Below, piece after piece: positions 31,967 through 41,645 of a stretch of 64,000 nucleotides of DNA (the stretch's first letter is position 1; each line of letters begins with the position of its first letter). Position numbers and translations under genes: made by a program. The notes under the pieces are model-generated. The model was not told the origin of the DNA, ran no database searches, and saw only the letters and a program-made list of their open reading frames with translations. The stretch is taken from the NCBI GenBank assembly GCA_964535935.1, contig CAZHWM010000024.1:171-64170 (forward strand), given 5' to 3'. This DNA is from an uncultured Planctomycetales bacterium (GTDB lineage: Bacteria; Omnitrophota; Gorgyraeia; Zapsychrales; Zapsychraceae).

Positions 31967-31975
31967 CAAAATATA

Positions 31976-32049
31976 CGACCCCAGCGGGATTTGAACCCGC
32001 GCTGCAAGCTTGAAAAGCTTGTGTCCTAACCGGGCTAGACGATGGGGTC
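31976..32049 (-). tRNA. tRNA-Glu (anticodon TTC)
   Basis: Minus-strand read GACCCCATCGTCTAGCCCGGTTAGGACACAAGCTTTTCAAGCTTGCAGCGCGGGTTCAAATCCCGCTGGGGTCG. Anticodon loop TTTTCAA. Confidence 0.9.
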
Positions 32050-32206
32050 TTAAAATAATTTTTGTGTATCGGCAAGAGTATTTTATTATAATAAAGATTT
32101 AAGGCGGGTCAAGTTTTTTTTATTTTTGATGTTTTACGAATAATATTATCACTAATTAGTTAGTGAGAAAGATGGATTGTTGTAATTTTTATGGAAAGGT
32201 AAGTTT

Positions 32207-33190
32207 ATGTTAGATGTGATGTTTTATGAGGTTTTTGATGAGGAAGAAAGATTATTAAGAAATTATATGCCATATTATATTAAGGCTGAGTATACTTCTG
32301 ACACTATTCAAGAGGCCGCACCAACAATATTGCCAGCGAGATTAATTAGTATAAGAACACAGTCTGTAATTCCTATTGAATGGGCAGATAAATTGGATGG
32401 GATTTTGAGCCGCAGTCAGGGATATGATCATCTTATTGCATATTGCAGAAATACTAAAAGCAATATACCTTGTGGATATCTTAATGATTATTGTTCAAGG
32501 GCTGTTGCAGAGCATGCAGTTATGGTTATGATCTCGCTTTTTAGAAAATTGAGGCTGCAGATAGAAAAGTTTCGAAGATTTGATAGGGAAGAAATAACAG
32601 GCAGAGAATGTATGGGGCGTTCTGCTTTAATTATAGGAGTTGGAAGAATAGGTTCTACCATAGCAGAGATTTTAGCTGCTTTCAAGATGCGGGTGTTGGG
32701 AGTAGATATAGTAAAACGGAGCAATATTGTTAAATATGTTTCTTTGGATGAAGGGATAAAAGTATCGGATGTTATTTTTTGCGCCTTGCCTCTTACGAAG
32801 GATACTTATGGTATGTTAAATTATAATGTGTTAAGCAAGGTAAAAAATGGTGCCTTATTTATTAATATTTCAAGAGGGGAGATTGCTCCAGAGACAGATT
32901 TAGCAAGGTTGTTGTTAGAGAGAAAGTTGGCAGGTGCAGGATTGGATGTATTTTCTGCTGAAGGCAGTCTTGCTTGTTATTTGAGGAGTGCAAATATAGG
33001 ATGCTTGCCAGAAAAGTTTAGTGGTATAACAGAATTGTTAGGTATGTATAATGTTATTCTTACTCCTCATAATGCGTTCAATACTATGGAGGCAGTTGAT
33101 CGAAAGGCTCGAGAGAGTGTGGAGTCAATAGTTTTATTTTTAAAAGAAGGCAGGTTCCCTTTTTTTATACAAAGTAATGAAATAATTTGA
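32207..33190 (+). CDS. D-isomer-specific 2-hydroxyacid dehydrogenase family protein
   Basis: 327 aa. NAD-binding GVGRIGSTIAEIL, later ...NISRGE... and ...LTPHNAF... (catalytic His region) typical of the family. Substrate unknown. Confidence 0.7.
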   Translation: MLDVMFYEVFDEEERLLRNYMPYYIKAEYTSDTIQEAAPTILPARLISIRTQSVIPIEWADKLDGILSRSQGYDHLIAYCRNTKSNIPCGYLNDYCSRAVAEHAVMVMISLFRKLRLQIEKFRRFDREEITGRECMGRSALIIGVGRIGSTIAEILAAFKMRVLGVDIVKRSNIVKYVSLDEGIKVSDVIFCALPLTKDTYGMLNYNVLSKVKNGALFINISRGEIAPETDLARLLLERKLAGAGLDVFSAEGSLACYLRSANIGCLPEKFSGITELLGMYNVILTPHNAFNTMEAVDRKARESVESIVLFLKEGRFPFFIQSNEII

Positions 33191-33351
33191 AACGATTTTT
33201 TATTAAAAGACCTTGTTTTTTTGGCGTTTACAGGGTATACTTAATATATTAAAGTAAGGAAAGGTATTATTCTGTAAAAGAAGTCTGAAATAATCTTTCA
33301 ATAAAATGTAATATTAGTAATATATTTAATTTTTAGAAAAAGAGGGATAAA

Positions 33352-34299
33352 ATGAAAAAGATAACTCTATTTTTTTGTTTTTTATTATTTACAGGCGTAG
33401 GATGTGATAAGATAACGGCATTGTATAATCAGCTTTCCCCCTCCACTTCTACAAATACAAAGGGTATACTTGCAATTAAAAAAGAAAAAAACAAGGTGTC
33501 AAAATCACGAATGTCAAAGCAACCAGAATCTTTATCTGATGATGTGGTGGCCAGAGTGGGAGATTGGACTATTACGATAGACGAATTTAATGATAGATTA
33601 AAGGCTGTAAAAGAGGTAATGCCTAAATTTGATATAAAAGACATAAAAAATAAGAAAGATGTCTTACAGGAATTAATACGACAGCAACTTCTTGTTGAAG
33701 CTGCGGAAAAAGAAGGGTTAGCTGATAGCAAGCAGATAAAGCAAGCAGTAGAAGAATTTCGCAGAACATTATTAGTGCGCGAGATGGTAAAAAAACTCAT
33801 AAAAGGTATAGATGTAAGTGATTCAGAGGCATTAGATTTTTATAATAAAAATAAAGATAAAATAATAGAACCGGTATCTTTTCATGTTAGATTAATAAAG
33901 GTTAAATCTAAGTTAAAGGCAAATGAATTATATGTAAATCTTTTAAAAGGTGCAAATTTTGCTCAACTTGCTCAAGAGAATTCTATAGGGAAGAATGCAT
34001 CCAAGGGAGGAGATTTAGGATTTGTAAAAGAAATGAAAGATTTGCCATTTCCGGAAATGGCAAAACCATTGCTGTCTTTAGATGAAGGAGAAATAAGTGA
34101 TGTGTTTAAATGTCCCGGTGGTTATTGTATTATTAAATTAGAGGAAAAGAAAGGTGGAAATCCAAAGCCTTTTGCAGAGGTTAAGGATCTTATAAAAGAA
34201 AATCAAAAATTACTTAAACAACAAAAAGCGGTAGATAATTATATAAAAAAGTTAAAAAAGCAGATAAATGTGGAAGTAAATGAATCTCTCTTAGAATAA
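33352..34299 (+). CDS. Parvulin-type peptidyl-prolyl isomerase lipoprotein (PrsA/SurA-like)
   Basis: Lipobox LFTGVGC. SurA_N-like helical region. PpiC/rotamase motif ...ENSIGKNASKGGDLGFV...GEISDVFKCPGGYCIIKLEE. Confidence 0.75.
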   Translation: MKKITLFFCFLLFTGVGCDKITALYNQLSPSTSTNTKGILAIKKEKNKVSKSRMSKQPESLSDDVVARVGDWTITIDEFNDRLKAVKEVMPKFDIKDIKNKKDVLQELIRQQLLVEAAEKEGLADSKQIKQAVEEFRRTLLVREMVKKLIKGIDVSDSEALDFYNKNKDKIIEPVSFHVRLIKVKSKLKANELYVNLLKGANFAQLAQENSIGKNASKGGDLGFVKEMKDLPFPEMAKPLLSLDEGEISDVFKCPGGYCIIKLEEKKGGNPKPFAEVKDLIKENQKLLKQQKAVDNYIKKLKKQINVEVNESLLE

Positions 34300-34345
34300 A
34301 ATATGAGTTGTATGCTTAAAATTGCCCTTTTGTGGGAGGGAAAAT

Positions 34346-35227
34346 ATGAATTTAGAAACTAAAAAACAGGTAGCTATTTTGGCTTTGGCAGTAGGTCTAG
34401 GTGTTGTGGCGGCTTTTGGTATGAGTCAGTATGTTCAGAGTAGAATATCTCAGGAAACCAAAAGATTGGCAAAGGAATATCAAAAGAAATATCCTGTGCT
34501 TCTTGATCAAATGGATTTGATGAAGAGAAAGATTAATCAGTTGTCGGCCAGACAAGAAGCTATTGTTAGGCAGCAACAGGAAAGTAGTAAGAGAATAGCT
34601 GCGCAACGCACAGGGACGGTTAATCCTGTGGTACCTATGTCTTCTTTTTCTGTAAGGACACCTTTAGGAAAACGGGCTGTGACAATTCAAATAGATTCGT
34701 TATCTGCAGTCGGTGGATTAATTAATCCAGGAGATTTTGTTGATGTAATAGCTAATCTTAAGGTTCCGGCGGAAAGGAATAATCCTAAAAGCAAGAAAAG
34801 GGAAACAAGTGTTGTTTTGTTTCAAAATGTTCAGATATTATCTGTAGGAACTAATTTTAATCCTGTAGGAAGTAAGCCCGCTTATATAAATCAGGCGAAA
34901 GCGAGATCTTTGAGGGTAACTTTGGCTTTAGATCCTCAACAGATAGGATTTCTTACATTTGCCCAGAGGCATGGCAAATTACAGCTTGCTTTACGATCAC
35001 CAGCAGAACATAATACAAAGATTACACAGGTCCCGACATGGGATAGTTTATCTAAATATATATTAAAGCATCAAGGGACAAAAATTAGTATACCTAACAA
35101 GGAAAGAAAAAAGATTAAAAGATCCAAGAAGAAAAAAAGAATAAAACCAGTTCTTATTCCGGAGAAAAAAGAAGAAGCAAGGCCGTTGATTAAGATTTTT
35201 AAAAGAGGGACAGAAACCAGTCTATAA
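34346..35227 (+). CDS. cpaB: Flp pilus assembly protein CpaB/RcpC
   Basis: GGGAGGG RBS plus ATG 34346. N-terminal TM anchor. SAF-like and RcpC motifs (GKRAVTIQIDSLSAVGGLINPGDFVDVIANL, VLFQNVQILSVG). Lys-rich C-terminal tail. Confidence 0.8.
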   Translation: MNLETKKQVAILALAVGLGVVAAFGMSQYVQSRISQETKRLAKEYQKKYPVLLDQMDLMKRKINQLSARQEAIVRQQQESSKRIAAQRTGTVNPVVPMSSFSVRTPLGKRAVTIQIDSLSAVGGLINPGDFVDVIANLKVPAERNNPKSKKRETSVVLFQNVQILSVGTNFNPVGSKPAYINQAKARSLRVTLALDPQQIGFLTFAQRHGKLQLALRSPAEHNTKITQVPTWDSLSKYILKHQGTKISIPNKERKKIKRSKKKKRIKPVLIPEKKEEARPLIKIFKRGTETSL

Positions 35228-35284
35228 TTTTAATATTAAAATATTAAATAAAAATTTTTATTAATTATTTTTTAGGATAAAAAA

Positions 35285-36877
35285 ATGAAAACTTTAAAAA
35301 TATTAACATTTATATTCTTATTTATAGGAAACTATATTTTTTTATATAATAATATAGTTATGGCAGATAACTATGGTTGGAACGATGGTCCTTTTTCAGA
35401 CGAGATCCAGATGATAAAAGGAGATTTGACGACTATTCATGGGAAAAATATTTCTCAGGTGTCTGTATCTAATCCGGATGTTGCTGATATTGCTGATGCT
35501 GATCAAGATCATGTTATGATTTCTGCTATGGATACGGGGCAAACAGCTTTGTTTGTATGGGATGATTCGGGGAAAAGGACGTTTATGATATATGTTTATG
35601 ATCAAAATTTGGATTTGCTTAAGGATAGAATAAAGCAGTTATTGAAATCAGCGGATTTATTAGATGGAATTACATTAAAAGTAAATAATAAGGAAGGGAA
35701 GGTTGTGTTAACAGGGGAGCTTACAAAGGAAGATAAAAAGGAATATGATAAAATTGTGGAACCATTTTATGATGATATCATTGATTTAGTAAAAGAGAAA
35801 AGAAAAAAAGACTTAATAGAGGTAGATGTAGAGGTTACACAGTTAGATACAACTCTTGCTAAAGAATTGGGTTTTGAATGGCCTGAAACATCTTTGAAGT
35901 ATGAGGAAAAAATGCCAGTTTTTGATGGATCCGTGGGAGATTTTTTTAAGATAGGAGATTTTTCTAGAACTTCCCAATTGTTAAGTATAGTCCATGCTCT
36001 TCTTCAAGAAGGGAAGGCTAAGATACTATCTAATCCTCGTATAGTGGTAAAAGATGGAGAAAAGGCTTCTTTCCTTGTGGGGGGAGAGGTTCCAATTGTT
36101 ACTACTACCTATCATGAGCAGACTGGGGTGAGTACAGAAAAGGTTACTTATAGGGATTACGGCGTTTCTCTTGCGATACAACCTCAAATTATAGAAAATA
36201 AGATTGATATGGTCTTGAGTGTGGAGATTAGTGATATAGCTGGCGATTATAAGGCAGGAGATGATGTCGCATTTACTACACAAACAGCGGATACTAAGTT
36301 ATGTTTGGATGACAATCAAACTATAGTATTGGCTGGGTTGATTAAAAATTATGAGTCATCTATTGTTAAAAAGGTCCCTTTTTTGGGAGATGTTCCTATC
36401 TTAGGAGCTTTGTTTAGATATAAGGGGCAAACTGCTCCAAATAAAGGTTCAGAGATTGTGATTTCTTTAACCCCTAGAATATTAACTAAAAAACATAGAA
36501 ATAATAGAGGAAGAGGACATAAACTTATAAATAATAAGGTTTCTCTAAAGAATTATAAACATTATTATAGAGGAATTCCTCATGCTATGGTGTCTTATGT
36601 TAATAAAATCAAAAATGAGATTTCTCAAGCAATAGTATATCCACAAAAGGCATGGGAGAAGGGTTGGGAAGGAGAAGTTGATTTAGATATGCATATATTA
36701 AGTGATGGGACCTTGGCTTTTGCATTAGTTGAGAAATCTTCAGGACATGATATATTTGATGAGAATGCCCTTAGAACAGCTAAAAATATGGCTCCTTTTG
36801 ACAAGTTTCCTCCCAATGTAAATCTACAAGAAATTGATATAACAGTTCCTATAGTATATAAATTAGAAAATTATTAA
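35285..36877 (+). CDS. cpaC: CpaC/RcpA-type secretin with a C-terminal TonB_C-like domain
   Basis: Signal peptide. Pilus N-terminal (BON-like) region ...VSVSNPDVADIADADQDHVMISAMDTGQTALFVW. Secretin core (ILSNPRIVVKDGEKASFLVGGEVPIV...KVPFLGDVPILGALFR). The last ~100 aa (IVYPQKAWEKGWEGEVDLDMHILSDGTLAFALVEKSSGHDIFDENALRTAKNMAPFDKFP) fit the TonB C-terminal domain pattern. Confidence 0.8.
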   Translation: MKTLKILTFIFLFIGNYIFLYNNIVMADNYGWNDGPFSDEIQMIKGDLTTIHGKNISQVSVSNPDVADIADADQDHVMISAMDTGQTALFVWDDSGKRTFMIYVYDQNLDLLKDRIKQLLKSADLLDGITLKVNNKEGKVVLTGELTKEDKKEYDKIVEPFYDDIIDLVKEKRKKDLIEVDVEVTQLDTTLAKELGFEWPETSLKYEEKMPVFDGSVGDFFKIGDFSRTSQLLSIVHALLQEGKAKILSNPRIVVKDGEKASFLVGGEVPIVTTTYHEQTGVSTEKVTYRDYGVSLAIQPQIIENKIDMVLSVEISDIAGDYKAGDDVAFTTQTADTKLCLDDNQTIVLAGLIKNYESSIVKKVPFLGDVPILGALFRYKGQTAPNKGSEIVISLTPRILTKKHRNNRGRGHKLINNKVSLKNYKHYYRGIPHAMVSYVNKIKNEISQAIVYPQKAWEKGWEGEVDLDMHILSDGTLAFALVEKSSGHDIFDENALRTAKNMAPFDKFPPNVNLQEIDITVPIVYKLENY

Positions 36878-36972
36878 TTTTTTAACTGTGTAAAAGCTAA
36901 CGAAGCCCTATAATTATTATTTAGATTTTTATTAAGTGTTTTATTTTATAATTTATATATAAGGTTGTAGTT

Positions 36973-39132
36973 ATGAGTGTAAAAATAATTACGATATTTA
37001 GCAATAAAGGTGGAGTAGGCAAGACTTTTATTGCCGTTAATCTATCCACTGTTTTTGCTCTTGAAGGTAAAAAGGTTTTATTGATAGATTTAGATTTTCA
37101 GGCAGGACAAGAGATAGCGAGAATGTTTAACATTGCTCCACGTATGGCAATAGTAGATGTAGTGGATCAGATAGAGGTTTCAGATAAACCAGAAATTGTT
37201 ATGGAGAATACTAGTAGGCATTCTTGTGGATTGCATTTTATTCCGGCTGTACGTAATACGAAACAGTTGGCAAAAATTGACAGAGATAAAATAACAGTTT
37301 TTTTAGAGCGAGCGGCTCAGTATTATGATTATATTATTATAGATGGAGGAAAGACTTTTAGTGATACATTAATATCCGCATTTGATATGTCTAATCTTAT
37401 TTTGTTGATAGCTACTCCTGATGTATTGGCTGTATATCAAGTAAAGTGGTGTATAGATGTGCTTCAAAAGTTACAGTTTCCTCTTAAAATGGTAAAACTT
37501 ATTTTAAATCGTTCTGAGAGTAGGGGGAGTGTTGCTTGGCAGGAGGTTCGTTCTGTGTTGCCATGTGAGATATTCGGGCATGTCCCATCTGATGGTAAGA
37601 CCGTAGGGATGGCATTAAATAGAGGAATTCCGTGTGTGATAGATAGTCCTAGAAGCAGGGTATCTGATGCCTTTAATAAAATAGCTAATATGTTGAGACA
37701 AGAATCTGTATATGTCCCGGTTACCGATGTGAAAAAGTTACGGGATACAGAGGGGTTAGTTAGGCCAGGGGGTTTTTGGGAGAAGTTTGGGGTATCGCAG
37801 CATGTGCAAATGGGAGAAGTGGCATTTTCTGTACAAGAAGATGATATTATTGTTCTTAAACGTAAAATACATGAAAAATTAATAAAAAGGCTTAATTTAG
37901 ATGGAATTACTGTGGACGTGTTGAGTGATTCTAATACATTGCAACGAGTTAGAAAGACAGCAGAGGAAGTGGTAGGCAATTTATTAATGGAAGAGTCTGC
38001 TGGGAGGGCTATGTCGCGAGAGGAGAGGGTATATCTTGTAAAAGATATAGTAAATGAGTCTTTGGGCTTAGGTCCTTTAGAAGACTTTCTTGCTGACCCG
38101 GAGATAACCGATATTATGGTAAATAATAAGGATGAGATTTATGTAGAAAAAAAAGGGAAACTTATTCTTACGAATAAGAGATTTGTTTCAGATGCAAAGG
38201 TAAGGGCTATTATTGATAGAATTATAGCACCGTTAGGAAGAAGAATAGATGAGTCTACTCCAATGGTAGATGCCCGTTTGCCAGATGGTTCTAGAATAAA
38301 TGCAATTATTCCACCACTTTCTTTAGGAGGACCTATGATTACTATACGTAAATTTGGCCAGGAGCGGTTAAAAATAGATGATTTGTTATATAAATATCAT
38401 AGCCTTACACCAGAAATGGCAGATTTTCTACGTGCTTGTGTGTGGGGAAGAAAAAATATTATTATTTCTGGAGGGACAGGTTCAGGGAAGACAACATTGC
38501 TTAATGTTATATCAGAATTTATACCAGATGGGGAACGTATTATTACAATAGAGGATGCTGCAGAGTTAAAACTTAAGAAGAGCCATTGGGCTAGATTAGA
38601 GTCTCGGCCCCCCAATGTGGAAGGGAAGGGAGAGGTTACCATAAGAGATTTATTTATTAATAGTTTACGTATGCGGCCGGATAGAATAGTTATAGGGGAG
38701 TGTCGAGGCCCAGAGGTCCTTGATATGCTACAGGCAATGAATACAGGTCATGATGGTTCAATGACCACGCTACATGCTAATTCTACACGAGATGCCTTAA
38801 TTAGAATGCATTCTATGATTTTGTTAAGCGGGATAGAGCTTCCTGTTAGGGCGATTAATGAAATGATATCTTCTGCGATTCATATTATTGTGCATGCAAG
38901 CAGGTATTCTGATGGATCAAGAAAGATTACAGGAATTACTGAAACTATTGGGTTAAGTGAAGATTTTTATGTCGAGATGGCGGATATATTTATTTTTAAG
39001 CAGACAGCTTTGGATAAAGATGGTAAAGTTTTGGGACATTTTGAACCTACAGGATATGTTCCTAAGTGTTATGATGAATTTATTACAAGAGGAATTCATT
39101 TAGATAAGAGTATTTTTGAAAAGAAATCATAA
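36973..39132 (+). CDS. tadA: Fusion of a TadZ/CpaE-like MinD/ParA ATPase domain to a TadA/CpaF secretion ATPase
   Basis: aa 1-~250: KIITIFSNKGGVGKTFIAVNLS deviant Walker A, MinD/ParA fold. aa ~330-719: T2SSE ATPase with Walker A GGTGSGKTTLLN, Asp box, Walker B RIVIGECRG, His box TGHDGSMTTLHAN. Confidence 0.85.
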   Translation: MSVKIITIFSNKGGVGKTFIAVNLSTVFALEGKKVLLIDLDFQAGQEIARMFNIAPRMAIVDVVDQIEVSDKPEIVMENTSRHSCGLHFIPAVRNTKQLAKIDRDKITVFLERAAQYYDYIIIDGGKTFSDTLISAFDMSNLILLIATPDVLAVYQVKWCIDVLQKLQFPLKMVKLILNRSESRGSVAWQEVRSVLPCEIFGHVPSDGKTVGMALNRGIPCVIDSPRSRVSDAFNKIANMLRQESVYVPVTDVKKLRDTEGLVRPGGFWEKFGVSQHVQMGEVAFSVQEDDIIVLKRKIHEKLIKRLNLDGITVDVLSDSNTLQRVRKTAEEVVGNLLMEESAGRAMSREERVYLVKDIVNESLGLGPLEDFLADPEITDIMVNNKDEIYVEKKGKLILTNKRFVSDAKVRAIIDRIIAPLGRRIDESTPMVDARLPDGSRINAIIPPLSLGGPMITIRKFGQERLKIDDLLYKYHSLTPEMADFLRACVWGRKNIIISGGTGSGKTTLLNVISEFIPDGERIITIEDAAELKLKKSHWARLESRPPNVEGKGEVTIRDLFINSLRMRPDRIVIGECRGPEVLDMLQAMNTGHDGSMTTLHANSTRDALIRMHSMILLSGIELPVRAINEMISSAIHIIVHASRYSDGSRKITGITETIGLSEDFYVEMADIFIFKQTALDKDGKVLGHFEPTGYVPKCYDEFITRGIHLDKSIFEKKS

Positions 39133-39155
39133 GAAAATATAGATAAGTATTTACC

Positions 39156-39500
39156 TTGAAAATTATTAATAAGACTTCCAATATAACTATTGCAGAAAAG
39201 GCTGTCGTTGCAAATAGTTTCCTATCTAGATTGGTGGGTCTTCTTAATAGAAGGTTCCTTCCAAAAGGAGAGGCTCTCATTATTACAAAGTGTAAATCCA
39301 TCCATATGTTTTTTATGAAGTTTCCAATAGACGCTATCTTTGTAGACAAGAATAATCATGTAGTAGGGATAGTAAAAAATATTAAGCCATTTCAGTTAAG
39401 TCCTGTTTTTATCTCTTCGAATTATGTTATAGAAGCACCTGTAGGGACTATTGTTAAGGCAAGGGTTGCTATAGGGGATAATATTGAATTGCAACAATAG
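39156..39500 (+). CDS. DUF192-family protein
   Basis: 114 aa, TTG start. ANSFLSRLVGLLNRRFLPKGEALIITKCKSIHMFFMKFPIDAIFVDKNNHVVGI matches the DUF192 (COG1430) pattern. Confidence 0.6.
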   Translation: MKIINKTSNITIAEKAVVANSFLSRLVGLLNRRFLPKGEALIITKCKSIHMFFMKFPIDAIFVDKNNHVVGIVKNIKPFQLSPVFISSNYVIEAPVGTIVKARVAIGDNIELQQ

Positions 39501-39526
39501 TTATAATTGAAGAAAGATTTTGTAAG

Positions 39527-41425
39527 ATGGGGACAGTTTATAAGGTAAGAGAAGAAGTGAAGGATTTTATTATTTCTACAAGAAAAAAGAATCCTTCTTT
39601 TAGTTGTAGAATATTAGCCGAACTAGTGGCAGATAAGTTTCATATAACGATTTCTAAGTCGTATGTTAATACTATATTAAAAAGGGCGAAATTGAATGGT
39701 CCTCTGGGTAGAAAGATAACTATTCGACGGAATGCCCGTAGAATTATTATCCCTAAAGAAAAAAAAGAACAGATTTTTCGTAGTATACAACAAGTCGAAG
39801 TCGCTACTAAACTAAATAAAGATGAGTTTGAAAAAGAAAATTTGATTCAAAAAAATGTTGAAATAAATAATGATAACAGAGATAAGAAACTTATAGAGAA
39901 ATCTAATTTGGATATGCCAGAGGATGTTTTTATTAATATGAAAACATCTAGAACGAAAAGAATGAATCTGCGTCAAGGGCCTTATCGTCGAATGGGAACT
40001 ATTTTTTTGAATGCGGCTGAGTGGACAGCAACAGAATATTCAGTTTTAGGCAGGATTATTTTACGATATATACAAGAAAAGAAAAGAGAAAATCGTTGGG
40101 ATGGATTGTTTAATAGAGTTATGCGGAATATATATAGAGAAAATAGAATATTTGATTTAGGCTGTATTTTCCCAAGATATTTAGATAATCAGAAAGAATT
40201 ATATTTAGGTGCTTTATGTGGGGTTTTGATGGCATATGGAGATGGTTTCAACAATAAAGCCTTTAGTAGATTGGCAGATTATGGGCTATATACATTGAAT
40301 GGAATTTATGAAGAGATAGACATAGCTTCATTTGTGGTATGGTTAAGGCAACAGATAATAGGAGATTCTTTTGTTATAGAATATTTAAAAGAAAAGGATA
40401 GTTTTTTTGCGGAGCTTGCAGGGATACAAATTAATTTAAATTCTGGGGCAAAAATTTTTTTTGATAGCAATAGAGAGTTAAAAGGTTTTTTAAAAAAAGA
40501 AAAAACAATACCTATGAAACGGGCTTTATCTATGGCTTCTAAGCAGATTATTGCAAATACAGAACCAGCTGTATTCTTTTGCGAACTGCAAAACAAAGAT
40601 GATTATAAGAGATTTTATGATATTATTTCAGCATTTGAGAATATATCAGGGGATGGAATACGGTCTCTGGCATTATGTGATTTAGACGGTCAGTTAGTAG
40701 TTGATTTTGATATTATTCCAAGAATAAAAAGAAAATTTATTTTAGGTGTGTTATGCATGGATAAAGATAATTCACCTTTAATATCAACATATTCGACGGA
40801 TAAACAGAGAGTGGTGTATCTTGAATCTATAAATAAGCTAATATGGTTTTATGAAGATGTTCAAGATATTATTGTTTCTAAAAACAACGATAAAATAAGG
40901 GTAAGGAGAATATGTATAGATAAATACGATGATTTTAAAGATAAGATGATAATAATAACTAACGATGTAAATAATAAGGCAGATAAGATTATAGATAAAT
41001 GTTTTTATTCAATGTTGATATATAATAGTAAAAAAAATATAAATATAAATATTGTAAAAGAACTAAAACAATTAGATGGGAATAAAAAAGAAAAACAAAA
41101 TTCTTGTTTTTTTAATTCTTCTTTGAAAAGTATTTCTTTATGGGATATAGTTGTTGATTATACTAATACGTTGATAGAATATAGTGAAAGAGAATTTATG
41201 TTTAATAAGTTTTGTAATAATAGGGAGATATTACAATCATGGTTAAATTTCCCAGGATTCGTTTATGAAGGCAATAAATGTTTATCAATAATCCTTCTTC
41301 CACCCGTAGATTATCAATATATGGATTATTTAAATTTGGCTGTTTATGAGTTAAACAGTAGAGAGATATATGATTTTTTTGGAAGAAAATTATATATTGA
41401 TATAGAAAAAAATAAAGCAATTTAA
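39527..41425 (+). CDS. 632-aa protein with N-terminal HTH-like segment, otherwise unrecognised
   Basis: The first ~60 aa (VKDFIISTRKKNPSFSCRILAELVADKFHITISKSYVNTILKRA) look like a transposase- or regulator-style HTH. The remainder is Asn/Lys/Ile-rich with no motif I recognise. Confidence 0.5.
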   Translation: MGTVYKVREEVKDFIISTRKKNPSFSCRILAELVADKFHITISKSYVNTILKRAKLNGPLGRKITIRRNARRIIIPKEKKEQIFRSIQQVEVATKLNKDEFEKENLIQKNVEINNDNRDKKLIEKSNLDMPEDVFINMKTSRTKRMNLRQGPYRRMGTIFLNAAEWTATEYSVLGRIILRYIQEKKRENRWDGLFNRVMRNIYRENRIFDLGCIFPRYLDNQKELYLGALCGVLMAYGDGFNNKAFSRLADYGLYTLNGIYEEIDIASFVVWLRQQIIGDSFVIEYLKEKDSFFAELAGIQINLNSGAKIFFDSNRELKGFLKKEKTIPMKRALSMASKQIIANTEPAVFFCELQNKDDYKRFYDIISAFENISGDGIRSLALCDLDGQLVVDFDIIPRIKRKFILGVLCMDKDNSPLISTYSTDKQRVVYLESINKLIWFYEDVQDIIVSKNNDKIRVRRICIDKYDDFKDKMIIITNDVNNKADKIIDKCFYSMLIYNSKKNININIVKELKQLDGNKKEKQNSCFFNSSLKSISLWDIVVDYTNTLIEYSEREFMFNKFCNNREILQSWLNFPGFVYEGNKCLSIILLPPVDYQYMDYLNLAVYELNSREIYDFFGRKLYIDIEKNKAI

Positions 41426-41447
41426 TGTTATAGTAAAGTCTTTGCTC

Positions 41448-41475
41448 TTGACTCTTTTGGGTTATATGATATACT
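41448..41475 (+). promoter_or_regulatory. Sigma70-like promoter for the flp cluster (TTGACT-16 nt-TATACT)
   Basis: -35 TTGACT 41448-41453. -10 TATACT 41470-41475. About 200 nt upstream of the first flp start. Confidence 0.55.
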
Positions 41476-41527
41476 TTAAAAGTGTAGGATGAGTTATAAT
41501 AAATATGTTTTTTGATAAGCTAGTTAT

Positions 41528-41645
41528 ACACCATAATATGGTGTTTTATTCCTTTTACCATGAAGAAAGGTAAAAGGACCCTTATTTTTTGAGGGATAAA
41601 TTGCCTTTAGAATTCTTTCCTTGCTTGTGAGGGACGCAGGCAAGG
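41528..41645 (+). promoter_or_regulatory. Structured 5' leader with three hairpins, two followed by U-tracts
   Basis: ACACCAT-aat-ATGGTGT then TTTATT (41528-41550). CCTTTTACC-9 nt-GGTAAAAGG (41551-41577) with TTTTTT at 41585-41590. CCTTGCTTG-9 nt-CAGGCAAGG (41619-41645). Confidence 0.5.

Noticed and set aside
39527-41425. IS element or transposase interpretation of the 632-aa HTH protein
   Set aside because: No terminal inverted repeats or target-site duplication are visible around 39.5 and 41.4 kb. I can recognise no DDE or other catalytic motif. It is kept as a hypothetical HTH protein.
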